Numbered from the stretch's first letter, positions 1 to 13,060 are shown. The stretch is DNA of 64,000 nt from Guillardia theta CCMP2712 (GCF_000315625.1 NW_005434633.1:217867-281866); one strand, 5' to 3'. The notes: generated by a model not told the origin, from the letters alone. Numbers and translations: made by a program.

Positions 1-157
1 TGCTGGGAACGCGCTACGGGGAGGAGGTGGAGGAGCGGGAGGAGGGAAGAACGTGCTGAGGAGCAGGCCACAGGAGGAGGCAAGAACGCGGATGCCCCCG
101 GTGCCCGGGAACGAGGAGAAGAGAGCGAGGAGTGTGTTGGCTGGGATGAAGCTGAGA

Positions 158-235
158 TGAAGGAGGAGGAGGAGGAGGAGGAGGAGGAGGAGGAGGAGGA
201 GGAGGAGGAGGAGGAGGAGGAGGAGGAGGAGGAGG
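158..235. repeat. (GGA)n microsatellite
   Basis: Long uninterrupted GGA run; explains the poly-Pro ORF 14..244. Confidence 0.95.
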
Positions 236-750
236 TGAAAACAACGCTGATCAGTTGAGGAGTGATAATAAGTTGAATTCGAGATCAATTCAATATATGT
301 TTAATTCATTACTAGTCATTTCAATTCTCTTTGCTTCACTTCACAGTATATTCAACAAGGCACTGACGGACATCACTATCATCACGTGTAAAGAATACAA
401 TCCAACCTCCCAGCACTGGCAGGGGTTTAACTCAGGGGGTTTAGTTTAGAGTTTAGCTTGCAGGTTTAGATCCATTCAAGTAGGCGTGGCAAACAGTCTC
501 ATTCCTTGACTTTCTTTTTGAATCTTTTGATCCCAGAGACAGAGAGGAGACGGAGAAATAAACCTGACGCGATTGATGAGTCTCTTCCACATTCTCCTCC
601 AGCACAAGACTCCACTTCATCGGAAACAAGGGGAAGAATCGAGCAGCAGAGGAGCGAAGAATGGCGAGAGGAGTGCAAGGGAAGATCAGAAAGAGAGTGG
701 AGGGAGGGAGGAGGAGGCGGAGGAGGCGGTGGACTGGAGAGCATCTAAAC

Positions 751-3700
751 TTACCGAAATTCCTCGTCCCCTCTTTTCTTCTTGGCGCTCAATCCCAGTA
801 GCTCATGCCACTCCCTCACGCTCGCCTGCAGCTCCTCCTCTCCCTCCCCATTCCTCCTATCGGCCTCGTGGCCGTTGATACCACCGTTCTCAACCTCCTC
901 TCCGCTCTCACTCTCGTCCTCGTCCTCCGCTACCATTCTTGCATTCCTCGAATTCTTCAAGAACCTCTCTTCAAAATCTGCACCATCTCGATCAGACTTG
1001 GAACACGAGAGAGCGAAGAGGAACGGAGAACAAAAGCATCAAGTTGTCACTATCACTGTCACCTTTTCCTCCTTACACAATTCTCCCCATCCCCATCCTC
1101 ATCCCATCCTCATTCCCATCACACTTTTTCACCTCAATCACTTCATCATGCACTTCATCTCCACATCAATTTACCGTAGCTTTCCATTCGCTTCCTTATC
1201 CTGTTTGCAGAGTAGAACGAAGAGTTCTCCTCTTGACTTTCCTCGTCCTCCTCTAGCCTCCTGGCTGGGCAGTACCAGAATCCTCCTCCTCCCGACGACC
1301 TATCCCTTGCCCCTCCCTCCTCCTCTTCCGCTGCATCTGTCAAGATGTGGGTCGACGCGACGTCTACAAGACCGTGTCGTCTTGGCTGCAAGAGGAGTCA
1401 GAGCAGGAGGAAGAGGAAAATCCATCGAACCTTGTGGGCCTCCTTTGCATGTCCACTGTTAGCATGTCGAACGCTCTTCTCATGCCCATTTGCCAGTTTC
1501 CTCGCGCTAGTCAACGCCTTGTCTTCCCCACACTTCCTTTCGCTGCCTCTGCCTCTCTCCGCCTTCACCCGTCCATCGTGTTCGCTCTCCTCCTTCTCCT
1601 GTTCCTCCTCATCTCCAATCTCAACTCCAGCGATCGGCAGTATGCTCGCCTGCACTGTCAGCGAGGGGGTAACGTCGCAGTAGTGCTTCATGTACTCCAG
1701 CAGCGCCGCCTTCGCCTCCTCCCTCTCCATCATCTCTAGCCCGACCCATCGCTTCCAGCACATCCTCGCAAACATCCTCCACTTCGCGGGCTTCGCTTGC
1801 GTGCATCGCCCGACCGTCGCTCGGTGGTAGAGAGCGTGAGCCACAGCCTGCTGCTCCGTGCTCAGCCGTTGCGCCCGAACTTTTTCTGTCTGCTCCCACA
1901 TGCTGATGATCTCCAGCTCCTGCAACATCTCAAGAGCCGTCGGTCGATCGGAGGGAGCAGTCGACCAGCTCCTCCTGATCAGCTCGGCCAGCGGGGCCCC
2001 TCTCTGACTGAGGATGGCGTCCAGCGGCGGCCTTGCCCCGTCCCTCGCTGCTCGCAGCGCCACCGTCTGCCCGGACAGGCCGGGGAGGGGGCGGACGCCA
2101 TTGCAGATGAAGTGAAGGATCATGGCAAAAGAGTAGATGTCTACCCGCTCGTCATAGCTGGGGTCCTGCTGGAACACCTCGGGCGCCATGTACCGCAGGC
2201 TTCCTGTCTTCCCTGTCATCCTGTACCTGCCGTGCCGGAACCCGTTCTTCACCCTGCTCAGCCCGAAGTCGCAGACCTTCAACTTGCCCGACGAGCTCAG
2301 GAGCAAGTTTGCGGGCTTCAGGTCCCTGTGGATGACTGGGGGGTTGCAGTTGTGTAGGAAGCCGAGCGCCCTCCCCAGCTCGATCCCCAGCTGCAGCACC
2401 TTCTCCATCGGGGGGCACCACGGGTACCCCTGGGCCCTCTGCCGGATAAGGAAGAACTCCTCGAGGTTGCCGCCCGGCATGTACTCGTTAAGGATGAGGA
2501 TGCTGTCTCCCGACAGCACGGCGCCGAGGAACATGACCAGGCAGGGATGCCGGAGGTGCGAGAGCACGCAGATCTCGTTGAGCAGGTCATTCCTTGCGAC
2601 CTCCCTGCTGATGTTCCCGTCCGCCTCCTCCTCCGATCGCAGCATCTTCGCCACCACGTCGAGCCCCCTCCACTTCGCCATGTAGATCACGCCACCGTCT
2701 CCCTGCCCCATCCTCTTCCCAATGACAACCTCCTCCGGCTTCAGCAACCATTGCTCTGCCTTTCCTCGCAAGCTCACCGACTTGATGTGCCCTTGGCCCT
2801 TCTCCTCCCCCTCTCGCATCCTGTTGTGCATGTTGGAGAACCAGCTATCCTCGCTCAAGAGCAGGTTGTGAAGTGTCGTGCTCAGCTCAGCGTTAGCACC
2901 CTGATCATCTTCATCCTGCTTCCTGTCCACACTGACCCCTTCAGCAGGATCTTTCTCCTCCTGCCCGTTGGCAAACCGGACTTGTTTATCTGCTGAAGCA
3001 TCCCGCGAGTCTCTTGTGGTTCGGGTCGATTCATCATGTCCCACGCACACCTCTGAATTGATTCCCACGTTTCTCTTCGACGAGCTATCGTCGCCCTGAA
3101 ATGAAGGAGAGCTGAAAAGAATAAATCTCAGAGCGCAGGAGGCACATGTAAGACAGAGAGAAGGAAGTGTTAACAATCTTGACAGTCAAGGGAGAAAGAA
3201 GGGAGAGAAGAGACACGAGATAAGAAGTTCTGCAAGGCAGGCGGAGAGCAAAAAAGATCTCAACAACTATGTAACATACCTGCATGAAGAGCGCGAGGAG
3301 CGCGAGTTCGTCTCCGCTCTCTCCCTCACTGTCTCACTGCTCGACCTCAACCTGTCACCCTCGGTCAGCACGTCCAGGAGAGGACAAGCGATCAAGTACG
3401 AGGATGGAGAGATCGCTCTTCCACTGCCACCACATCCGTCCATCGGGCGCAGAAACTTCGAGACGGCGGGGATGTAAGAGTAAGTTGACAACCACAGCAG
3501 CAGAGCTTCTGCGCGGTATAGATCCGTCTTCTGCCCAGGTATCGCATGCTTGGGAGGGAAATCTACTTTTCCTCCTTGAGTACCCGACACGTAGGGATGA
3601 GTGACCTGTGTGAACAATGAGAAATATGTGCGATGACGTAGAGATAGAGCCAAGTGCTTCAGCAAGGGACGGGAAACAATGTAGGAGCCCGGTGTGAAGG

Positions 3701-3887
3701 AAGTGAGAGAGAGCTGGAGGCAACCCACCTTAGCGACATCATAGATCCTTCTGATGTTGCTGTATCGATCGTACATTGTCCATGTCTTGCCGTTGGAGCG
3801 ACATCGGATGGCATAGATCGTGTGTGTACCACCTGGCGCCTTGACAGGCGAAACCCCCAAAATTTCCAAGTTGGAACTTAAATCCAT
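751..3887 (-). CDS. Multi-exon TKL-group protein kinase with N-terminal PX-like and C-terminal ACBP-like domains
   Basis: ORF 1398..3176 has GQGDGG, VAK, HRDLKPAN, DFG, GSLRYMAPE, DIYSF. ORF 3267..3887 is PX-like (TIYAIRC...RYSNIR...FPPKH). Intron 3112..3279 joins them in frame. ALYHRATVGRC...W..W...EREEA matches ACBP. Acidic final exons probably end at 751. Confidence 0.85.
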
Positions 3888-5119
3888 TGTATCGCTGGAA
3901 GGCGATCGGATAAAAGTTGATGTCCAAGAAAAGTTTCTATAATACTTTGCTGCTGATATGCCGCATCTGATCTCAAAGTCAAGACTGATACTGACACATT
4001 GAATGGAAACAGGAGGTTAGAGGGTATCTGCAATCGCCCGATCGTACTAATTTTCTCTTGGCGTTTGCTCAGCACTACACTTGACTCATTCAACCAAACA
4101 GTTAGCGACTGCATGTGTGATTTGACTCTTCTCGCAAGCATATTGACTCTTTCGCTCTGCTCAATCTTTCTCAACTAATTCACCTATTCTCAGCAAGGCG
4201 ATAGATCAAATGGCGGTGACCTTTTGGAATGTTGCATAACCCTAAGTACTGTCTCCCTGCTTCCATGGCCTTCATCTTTCTTGTTCCCTGTGAAGACTCT
4301 CTTCCTGTACCAAGATCAGCTCACCTTCTCGCCCTAGCTCCTCCTCCACCATCCGCCCCCTCCCTCTCCCTGTAGTTCTCATATGTCACGCAAACTCCAC
4401 GTGGTGCTTGGCGAGGTTTTAACCGAAAACTTTAACTAATAAATATGATAAATATAAAGCATAACTATCTATTTCTATACTCAAGTTACATTAATTTAAC
4501 TCAAAATAAAGAATATATTGGGTATTAACTGACCTGGCTTAGTAAAGCGGTCCATGGCGTCGGAGGGGTATAGATGTTTGGGGTAGCTTTTCAGGGGTGG
4601 GGGTATTTAAACCCCCATGGAGAAGGGGTACATGTAACAATTGGAAGTTCACTCCACAAGGGGTAGTACCAAAATACCGGTGATGGTAATAACACAACTA
4701 TGCATAAGGGGTAAAATCGATGGTAAAGAATGGGGTACTTATAGGTCCCATACGCATTTGACTGGTTTTTTGTGGGTAGGGTACCAAAATCTCCTGTACA
4801 ATGGGGTGGGTAACAAATAAAAGTAGGTAGGGGTAGGTAGGTTTCTCAATCTCACCCCTACACTGGAGATAGAAAAAAGGGAACAAACTACGTACTTCAG
4901 GTCTATGACTACCCCTTTCAAAGTCGCCATACACACTATTTGGAAGCTAGTACCCTAGCATTTCACTCAAAATTCCTTCTGAAACACCCGGTGGATACTA
5001 TCACCCTACCATCTATGAACATCTTTGTACCACCCCACCTGTGTGTAGTTTGAAGAGGTCCTATCGCGTCGAACTAGTTGGTTGGCCTGGTGTCAATGCC
5101 GCGACTGCTGTCGTAAACT

Positions 5120-5880
5120 TTCACGGTTCCGGCCGCGGGCCCGGCCGGGGCCCGGCCGGCCCGCCGGGGGCCGCCCGGGGCACTGTCAACCGTCACCGGC
5201 AGGCTAGTCGCTGCGCCGAGTCAACTGAGGGCCAAGTACGGTCACCAGACCGGCGTACGATACGGTCCGCCCGGCGGCGGGACCCGCCAGCCGCCGACCG
5301 TCAGTGCTGACTGCGGCCCGGGTCGCCGCGGGCCCGGGGCCCGGCCCGGGCCGATCCGGCCGCCGCGCCGGGGACTCGGACGCACGGTCCGATCAAACGG
5401 ATCCGCCCTGGGGCGGCGCCCCCCCCGGCCCGCCGGGCCGGGCCGCGCGACCAACGTTGAACTTCGGAACTTCGAGGCGGCCGGACTGGCCCGGCTCGGG
5501 CCGCCGTCTGAAATTCGGAATGGCCCGGTGACGCACTGGCACAGACTCGGACCGTACCGTACCGTCACGGTACAGTACCGTACAATTTCCGAGAAACTGA
5601 TTGTATACCGCCCGGGCGCGGCCGGCCCCGGCGCTCGGAGGCCCTGGTCGCCGGCCGCACCCGGGCCGCGCTAGTACTGTGACGCCGGACTCCTGGACTG
5701 AGTCGGGCGGCACACGCGGCGGCTGCCGCCCGCCGGGAGGCTGGGCGAGTCGGCTGAGTGAGCCCGGCGGGCCGCACTGCTCACAAGTCCGATCCACGCG
5801 AGTCACGAGTGCCACCGCCACTGACGGACACCGACGAGTCAGCCGGCGATACGCCCGTTGGGGGCCGAATAATCACCCGA
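5120..5880. promoter_or_regulatory. GC/CpG-rich island between divergent genes
   Basis: Dense GGCCC/CCGG with CCGTACCGTACCGT, GAACTTCGGAACTTCG and CTGAGTC; no credible ORF. Confidence 0.5.
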
Positions 5881-6506
5881 TCCGATTCATCGGTAGCCCT
5901 CCCCCCGCAGTGACTGTGGTAGGGGTGGAGGGGTCAGTTTCTCGGCATCATATCCCTCAGTCAGCCTTACAGGACTGGTAGATATGAGGGGTGGGATTGA
6001 TTGATGCTCGGGGTGTGAGGGGTGGGGTTGGGGTTGTCCGAGCCCCCTGATTACCATCCGATGATCAGAAATAGACCGAAAAAACAGTCTCCGAAAATCT
6101 TGGGGGCATGGGTTGTATCTCTCAGAGGAGGGGTGGTCAGATCATTTGTCTTGCTGGTACCGGGTACTCTGAGGATATTCATCCTTGGATATCGTAGGGT
6201 AGTTAAAGAAGGTTCTAGGACGGTGGGGTTATGCTGCCAAGTTGGGGTCTAGTCGGAAGGGAGGGGTACTCGGGTGTTGCTTTTGTACTGGAATAGCACG
6301 CTGAGCAAGGTCTTTTGGTCAAACTCCATAGACCCCCCACCCCCTTGTTCAGTAAAGGTACGGCCTTGACGACACTATGTGGGGTGGTGCAGCTGGTAAT
6401 TCAAGGGGTAGCTGTCTCCGATGGTGACTCGAATAGGGGGTGGGGGTACCTTGTAAGTACAATCCAGGGGTGGTCAAGTTGCAACAAAGACAAGAGAAAA
6501 GGTAGG

Positions 6507-6582
<76 letters not shown>
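6507..6582. repeat. Compound (CTG)n(ATG)n microsatellite
   Basis: Seen directly. Confidence 0.95.
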
Positions 6583-6583
<1 letters not shown>

Positions 6584-7041
6584 GTTGTGATATTGGTTTG
6601 TATCAGAGCACATATTGGATGAGAGCCTCCATGGAGAGATAGGGCGAGAGAGAGATAGTACAATAGACGAAGACTTGAGGGGAAGTGAATAGAGGAGTCA
6701 GCTGGGAAGAAAAGATGTACAGCAACGCATTTCTCAAAGATACAAGGAGGATTTCAAGTAACACATTTCTGTGACGGAAACGAGTATATCTCCATACGAC
6801 GAAAGTAACTGCAATTTGAAATTTGAGGGAAGTGAACGGAAGGCGAGAAAAGAATATTCCCCACATCAGCGAAACCTTAGAAAGAACATTCTCAACAGTG
6901 AAATTTTGTTTTCTTCACACAACATAAGAGCTTTTGTACATCCATCCAACTTGCGTTTTGATAGCTGATCTTTGACCAAACTTTTTCAGACTCGGAAGCA
7001 AATCTCACGCAAAACTCAGATTGACAGCAAGTGGAAGCGAG

Positions 7042-8136
7042 ATGCAGGCAGAGACATCGGAAGTTGTTGTTGAACTTGAAGACCCTGTTGTTAACATCAT
7101 CACCGAAACATTGCACAGCTCGCTCACAATCGGTGATGAGAATGTTGAAAACACGAACAGTATGACGGAAAGTTCTCACGGCGATGAATACAACTTGCAA
7201 GTTCCCCCGAGAAACTCGAGCGACATGTCGCAGAATGTGGGCCACTCCCATGGTGGGTTGAACGCAAACTCTCCTGTCACCACAGGAACCCCCGTCGTGG
7301 TGGGAAACCCAGTGAGCATGGCGATTGCAATGATGGACCAAAATTGCTGCCAGCAGTGTTGCTCTTGTTCTTGTGTCCCCAACCTAGATCTCAAGAGTCG
7401 GAATCAAGCAAGAATATCGAGCATCGTGCTAGCTGTCATCGTGCTTGTTCAATGCGTAGGCAGCGACGTGCTTGCAAGCAAGCTCGCCATGCAGGGATCA
7501 GCCTACCCTTCCTCCCCTCAGGTCCGAGCACGCCCTCCTTCTCCCTTCACTTGATTGACATGATTGCAACAGGGCTCGGCCAATCACACGGAGCTTGTCT
7601 TGGACGCTCCTCTCCTCTATGTCAACGGCTGCATCTCAAGCGGCCACCCACCTAGCAGGGTCTACATGGCAATAGCCTTCTTGTTTGTGTCGGCTGCCAT
7701 CACTTTGGTATTCACCGTGCGGTATCTGGTTCTCGCTCAAGGAGCTGGGTTGTGCTGTGCAGCCGGTCACTGCGGCAAAGTGCTGACGGTCCAGATGATC
7801 CTGGGGCTGAGCATTTTCTCGCTCATCCTCTCCCTTCCCCTCTACACCTGGATGTTGTGGCATCTACTGCAAGACACCTTCCAGTGCCAAACCTGTCTGG
7901 CCAAGACGCTGCCGACGTACGAGCTGCAGTCGGCATGCGCGGCGAAACTCTCAATCGGAAGCGAGATCACTGGGTTGAGCAGCGCTGCAGGAGCTTTAAG
8001 TGTTGTTGCGATCCTTAGCGCAGCCCGATATTGCGTCCTCGTCCCCTCTGCGCTTCATGAGGCCATGGCGTTCAAAGCACAAGGCATTCTGTATGCCCAT
8101 CAGGTCAATCAATACTTTGCAAGAAGAGTCTTCTAA
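7042..8136 (+). CDS. Hypothetical multi-pass membrane protein, two exons
   Basis: ORFs 7021..7554 and 7564..8136 joined by a ~50 nt GT-AG intron near 7522-7572; about four hydrophobic segments and Cys clusters. Confidence 0.7.
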
Positions 8137-8296
8137 TAGCTTCTTGCGACGCACCAAAAGGATTTTGTCGATGCTAGACTTGCGAGTCTTGCTGTTGGCC
8201 TTTTAGTCGCTGTGTTCCTATAGGATTAGTTTTCATCTCACTTTATATCCCTTCTGGTCTTTCATATAATTTTTCCGATCCAACATAGATAGTACA

Positions 8297-10428
8297 CTAG
8301 AGCTCGTGATCGCTCTCGTTGACTTCTCGTGTCACCCCCTCGAACACGCTCCCATCGGTTTCGTTGCAATCCTTCTTGGAGGGTGAAAACAGATCCCAGC
8401 TCCTCAAGTCCGTGCTGACAAGACATGGAGTGAGAACAGATGTGTTCAGAAGATCGGAGTCGAGAAATGAGCAATGGCAAGAAGAGGAGGGAAGGAGAAG
8501 AAGCAGAAAGTCGGTCAGCAAGTAGAGCAATCTGATGGAAGAGGGTGGATGTAGTGAAGTTGCAGACCTTGGAACGAGCTGATTCAGGAGCTTTCGTGCC
8601 AACCTCACCCCCCGGACCATGATCTGTCCTCCCTTGGAGACTATCGCTCCGTCCTTGAGCTCAACGCTGCCACTGGCGGTCAACCGACAGCGCCGTGCCT
8701 CCTCTTGAACTTACTCGTAACTTTGCGACGACGTCGGTTCCTTCGCCACCACTGGCAAACCCTTGAGAAGTTTATTCCTCGCCCAGTCATACAATCTGAT
8801 CTGAACCGGCGCGATGCTCGGGTGAGACGCGCTGCTGGAGTTGTGAGGCAGGAGGGAACAGTTGACATTCGGCCAGGTGATGTTGAAGGTGTCAAAGGAG
8901 CCAGGAAGGGGAGCGGCGCCGGGGGCGGATCTTTCACCCTGCCCTGCCGCACGTTCGCCCTCAGAGCTCTGAGAAGTGTCAAGCTTGGAAGATCGTGAAA
9001 CTTCTACTTCCGCTCCCGAGCAGTTGGGGACCATGAAAGTCCCTGGAGCTGCTGGTGCCTTGTGGCGATAGAGAGAGAAGCTGTCGAGACTTGTTTGCAT
9101 CTCCCGCCTCGGCTTCTTGACCTCATTGGAAGAAAGCTGGTTCTCGATCGAGAGGTTCTTGGGGCCTCCCTGCGGATTGATCTGCACAGATGCGATCGGA
9201 TTGTGCCTCTTTGTACCAGGTCTCGCTGATCCAAGATCTTTGAAAAGTTTCTTCTTCGGAGTTGGCGTTTGTGAGAAATCCTTCCCTGCAAAAAGGATCG
9301 CCCCTGAGATGAATTGCAAGCATGAGGACTTGTCTTACGTAGATGTTTCATTAAGTACTTCTTGCTGTACTTGTCTGCATTCTTTATCATGTTCGACGAA
9401 GGTATCGGTGTCATCCTGGAGTAGAAATCAGCAATCAAAACATCCTCACAGCAGCGCATCTCACGAGGCTTTCCTCTCGCTTGCTCTCAGCAACTTCTTC
9501 GTCCTCTTCGACATCTTCTTCTGCTGCCCTTGCTTCACTCCCCCTTGCGCCCCCTTGAAATTCATCCACGGTCTTTCGATGTCCTCCTCCTCGTCCACAG
9601 AACTGACTAGCCAGCTGTCGGACTCGTACTCCTTGTACTCCGGTCGTTTCCGATGCACTTTCTTCCTCCGGCTGGCCTTCTTGTGCCTGCGGGAGGTGAA
9701 AGCCTCTTCGTTCTGCCTGAGAAACGTGCGGTATGAGTTGTCCAGGTCCTGCCGACCTTCAGTTGGGTTCATCCTCAGGTATCTGTTGAACAGCCTTGCG
9801 TGCTGCAGAAATCTCTTCCAGCGATCCTCCGAGATGTACCTGGCGCAGGAGCACATCAGCGTTCCTCGTCTCCTCCTCGTCTTGTAGAATAGACTCACAA
9901 ACCCTCCTCCAACTCCTCATTCGTGACGCGGGAGCAGTCGACTTCGAGCCCGATCATGGTGATGTTCTCGACCGGTCCGAGCTGTGACAAAAATTCGAGT
10001 GAGGGAGGGAAGAAGGAGGAGAGCGGAAGTTCATCACGGCTTCTTGTTCAAGCTCATCCTCCTGACACATTTGAGAACTGTGAATGGTAGTGTTTCTCAC
10101 AGAACATGTCAGATCACCAGCTCTACTTGCCACTCGTATCCTCGCTTCATCGCCATCCTTGAAGAGAATCAGAATTCGCAAGGGCAGTATGCATCATTCA
10201 GTCTCCCCAGGGCCAAAGGAAAGGATGGACTCACATGAAGTTTTGTTCATCCTCCGTGTTCTCCCAGGAACTTGAGGAGGATTCGGTGGCAGAGTCGTCA
10301 TCTGAATCTTGCCCGGTCTCCGAGGAGGAAGGGTCAGAGCTCCTCTTACTCGATTCTATCGCAAACGACTCGTCCTCCTTTTCACTATGCCTTTCAACCC
10401 CTTTCGCCTGCCCCTTGTCACATTCCAT
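8297..10428 (-). CDS. Hypothetical multi-exon charged low-complexity protein
   Basis: Chain of minus-strand ORFs (10231..10428, 9461..9898, 8711..9319, 8297..8683) separated by short introns; no domain recognised. Confidence 0.6.
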
Positions 10429-11019
10429 GGCAAGGTCATCGCGAGCCCCACCTCGTCATTGGACCTGGAGTATACAGATCTCGACGACTTGGCCGATCTG
10501 GAGGATCTTGCCACGTCGGACTTGGACACTGAAACCGAAGAGCTTTCGGTTTCTCCTCTCCGGTCGTTGGAGGTGTAAGAGATAACAGGGTTGCTAGATG
10601 AATCAGGGAGGATTTCATGCAATCGAGTGAGGAGTACGAGGCTTGATATCAGCAGAGCAGACCTTTGGATGCTCAGAGTGAGAGAACGAACTCAAATAGA
10701 TCACAGGACAACTGTTCAGACCAATCTTTCTCTCTCCTCTTCCACCATCCCCTCCCTCTTACATGTCCTGCAATCTTTCGCTTTCCCGCCTTTCTCAGAG
10801 CCTCATAAGCTATTTTCTCCTACTATCCTCTCCTTACATGATCCTCTCCTTCTTCCTCATCTCCTGACATCATCGTCTCCTGATCCCCTTCTTCCTCCTC
10901 TTCTCCTGCATACCTGGATGCTCGGAACGCTGCCATGGCGCCACTCCTCTCAACACTGCATGGTCCCGAATCCCAGCAACCCTCTCATACCTCACCCTGC
11001 ACCTAGTCACCATGAGTGA

Positions 11020-11310
11020 CCGTGACCCGGACCGGCGGCCGCCCGGCCGCCTCCGGGCCCGGCCCGCCACTCGTGACTGACCGTACGGTCGCGGCGCGCG
11101 GCCGGACGATCCGACGGTCCGACTGAGTCAAGCTCACTATCAGGCCAGCACGATTGCGGAGCGGCCCTCGAACGGGCTTGTATCCACAGGCTCAGTAGTA
11201 TGACCCCGGCGTTCAACCGGCAAGTTACGCCGCGAGCACGCCGGGCCCTCTGGCGCGGACTTGCTGTAAGTGAAGACGACAGTCGGATCACGGTCTGCTC
11301 AGTCTGAGTC
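11020..11310. promoter_or_regulatory. GC-rich island between divergent genes
   Basis: GGCCCGG, CCGTACGG and CTGAGTC motifs as at 5.1-5.9 kb. Confidence 0.45.
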
Positions 11311-11456
11311 GACATGCCATGAAAAAAAAACATCAATCCTACCAGAGAGATGCTGCCTTTCCTCTTTTCTACTCTCTGACTCTGAGGTCAGCGCGATCTT
11401 CTAAACACTTCTCCCCTGATAGGTGCCACGGTACGACCTCGGCACTTCTGCATCCG

Positions 11457-12440
11457 ATGATGGTTCGCCGCATGTTTGTAGTGTTGGCAGCGACCATAGT
11501 AGCAGGACAAGAAGAGCACTTCCTGCATGGCAGCGGTACCATAGCGCACTTGTCGACCACGCGCACCATGCCCCTCCAGGTCCTCGCTGGGGTCTTCAAG
11601 GTAGGAGCGTATCAACGAGAGAGCCTCAAGCTCGACTACAGCGCCGTGAAGAAGCTCGAGCGAGCCCAGGCGTCTTCACAGCTGTTCCGCATGAAGCTCA
11701 ATGCTTGCTTCCAGTCCAAGGTCCCCCAGAGCCTGCCGCCAAGCATGCTCTTTGACGGAACCTCAGAGAGCGAGCGAGACGATCCTCACTTCGGGATGGT
11801 TTGTCAAGCTGACATGACGGTCTGTTTGAAGCACGATGCGTATCTCTCTGTCTTGCTCCAGACCGTGATAGACAACCCAGCGAGCGACGTCATAGCAGTC
11901 ATGCCGGGCCCGGCGGGGTCGGTGGATTACAAGCAAGTACGTGTCAAACAGCACGAGTACATCTCGTTCGAGATGGCAGAGACGCCAGACAAGGTGTGCG
12001 AAAAGATCTACCAGCTCAGCCGGCTATGTCACGTTCTGAAGGACGAGTTTATCGGAGAGCAAGCGAGGATTGCAGCTACGGGGATACTGGTGAATGGCAA
12101 GAGAGAAGACTTCGAGCTCGGGGCTGAGGTAGTGAGATCGTTCTTGTCAGAGGCCAAGGCTGATCCCGACCTTTGCGAGCTTTTCGACTGGCAAGTGCCC
12201 ATGTTTGTGTGCTATGCTCCCATTCGAACAGATCTCGATGCCTGCAGGTCAGACATCGAGCTCCTCAGGTCCCAGATGGCTGACATGAGATCAAGAGACG
12301 AGACCCTCAGATACTTCATCCGCAATGCCCTTTCTGAATACTTGGCGGACAGTTGGGTTTCGCTCAAAAGCTCAACCATCTGTGTGCTAGAGAATCTCTA
12401 TGACTATCTCAATCCACAACAAACAGAAGATTCTGAGTGA
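11457..12440 (+). CDS. Intronless protein with signal-peptide-like N-terminus, possible PD-(D/E)XK-like fold, C-terminal coiled coil
   Basis: Within ORF 11319..12440; MMVRRMFVVLAATIVAG leader; QADMTV...FEMAE...KIYQLSR pattern. Confidence 0.6.
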   Translation: MMVRRMFVVLAATIVAGQEEHFLHGSGTIAHLSTTRTMPLQVLAGVFKVGAYQRESLKLDYSAVKKLERAQASSQLFRMKLNACFQSKVPQSLPPSMLFDGTSESERDDPHFGMVCQADMTVCLKHDAYLSVLLQTVIDNPASDVIAVMPGPAGSVDYKQVRVKQHEYISFEMAETPDKVCEKIYQLSRLCHVLKDEFIGEQARIAATGILVNGKREDFELGAEVVRSFLSEAKADPDLCELFDWQVPMFVCYAPIRTDLDACRSDIELLRSQMADMRSRDETLRYFIRNALSEYLADSWVSLKSSTICVLENLYDYLNPQQTEDSE

Positions 12441-12559
12441 TGTAGAAGCGCGATGCTGTTAGGCTGCCGTCAGCTTGCGCCGGGACCCAGTCCCTGGCAC
12501 AGTGCGGGAGGAGAGACATAGTTTGCGAATAGCTTGAAGCCGCCTCCTGTTGCGATCGT

Positions 12560-13060
12560 AATACATCACAGCTGTCCCTGTCACAGCCTTGGTAATTAAT
12601 GCTGCTTATGGTCGAGACGATGTGCAGCCTGCATTCACACCCGCCGTCGGGATGCCCACCGATGTGTCCAGACCTCTCCCGACAGCCCGGCCGGCTGACA
12701 GCAGAGCACAGCCCGCATCTACCTCCCGACTAGTATCGCCAAAGCCTGCATGGTCTCCTACCCACGTGTGATGTTACTGCAAGCCCGCTTCCGAGCGCCA
12801 ATGAAGCGGACTGGCAAGATGGGGGTGGGTGGGATGATGATACTGTCGCACATAGGGGTGGTACTTCCCCTTCGGCCTGTCAGCCTCAGGCTGTCCCCCG
12901 CTTGATCTCTATCCACACACCCATCCCTTCCATCCCGATCAGCAGCCTTCCTTGCTGCTTCCCCCCTGTAAGCTACCTCCTCCGCCTTGACGTCCCTCCT
13001 CGTCGACCTATCGCCAGCCCCTCGATTACGCGGCAAGCGTGCAGCTCGAGTCTCGTCGCC
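12560..13060 (-). mobile_element. Possible decayed 3' end of a non-LTR retrotransposon (REL endonuclease type)
   Basis: Frameshifted peptide KAAD..DGRDGCVD..AGDSLR..KYHPY loosely resembles the RPAD..D..AExxKxxKY pattern. Confidence 0.25.

Noticed and set aside
420-470. GTTTAG/GGTTTA telomere-like repeats
   Set aside because: Only about five degenerate units with no clean TTTAGGG array
5041-5981. Pro/Gly/Arg-rich ORFs on both strands
   Set aside because: By-product of the stop-poor GC island
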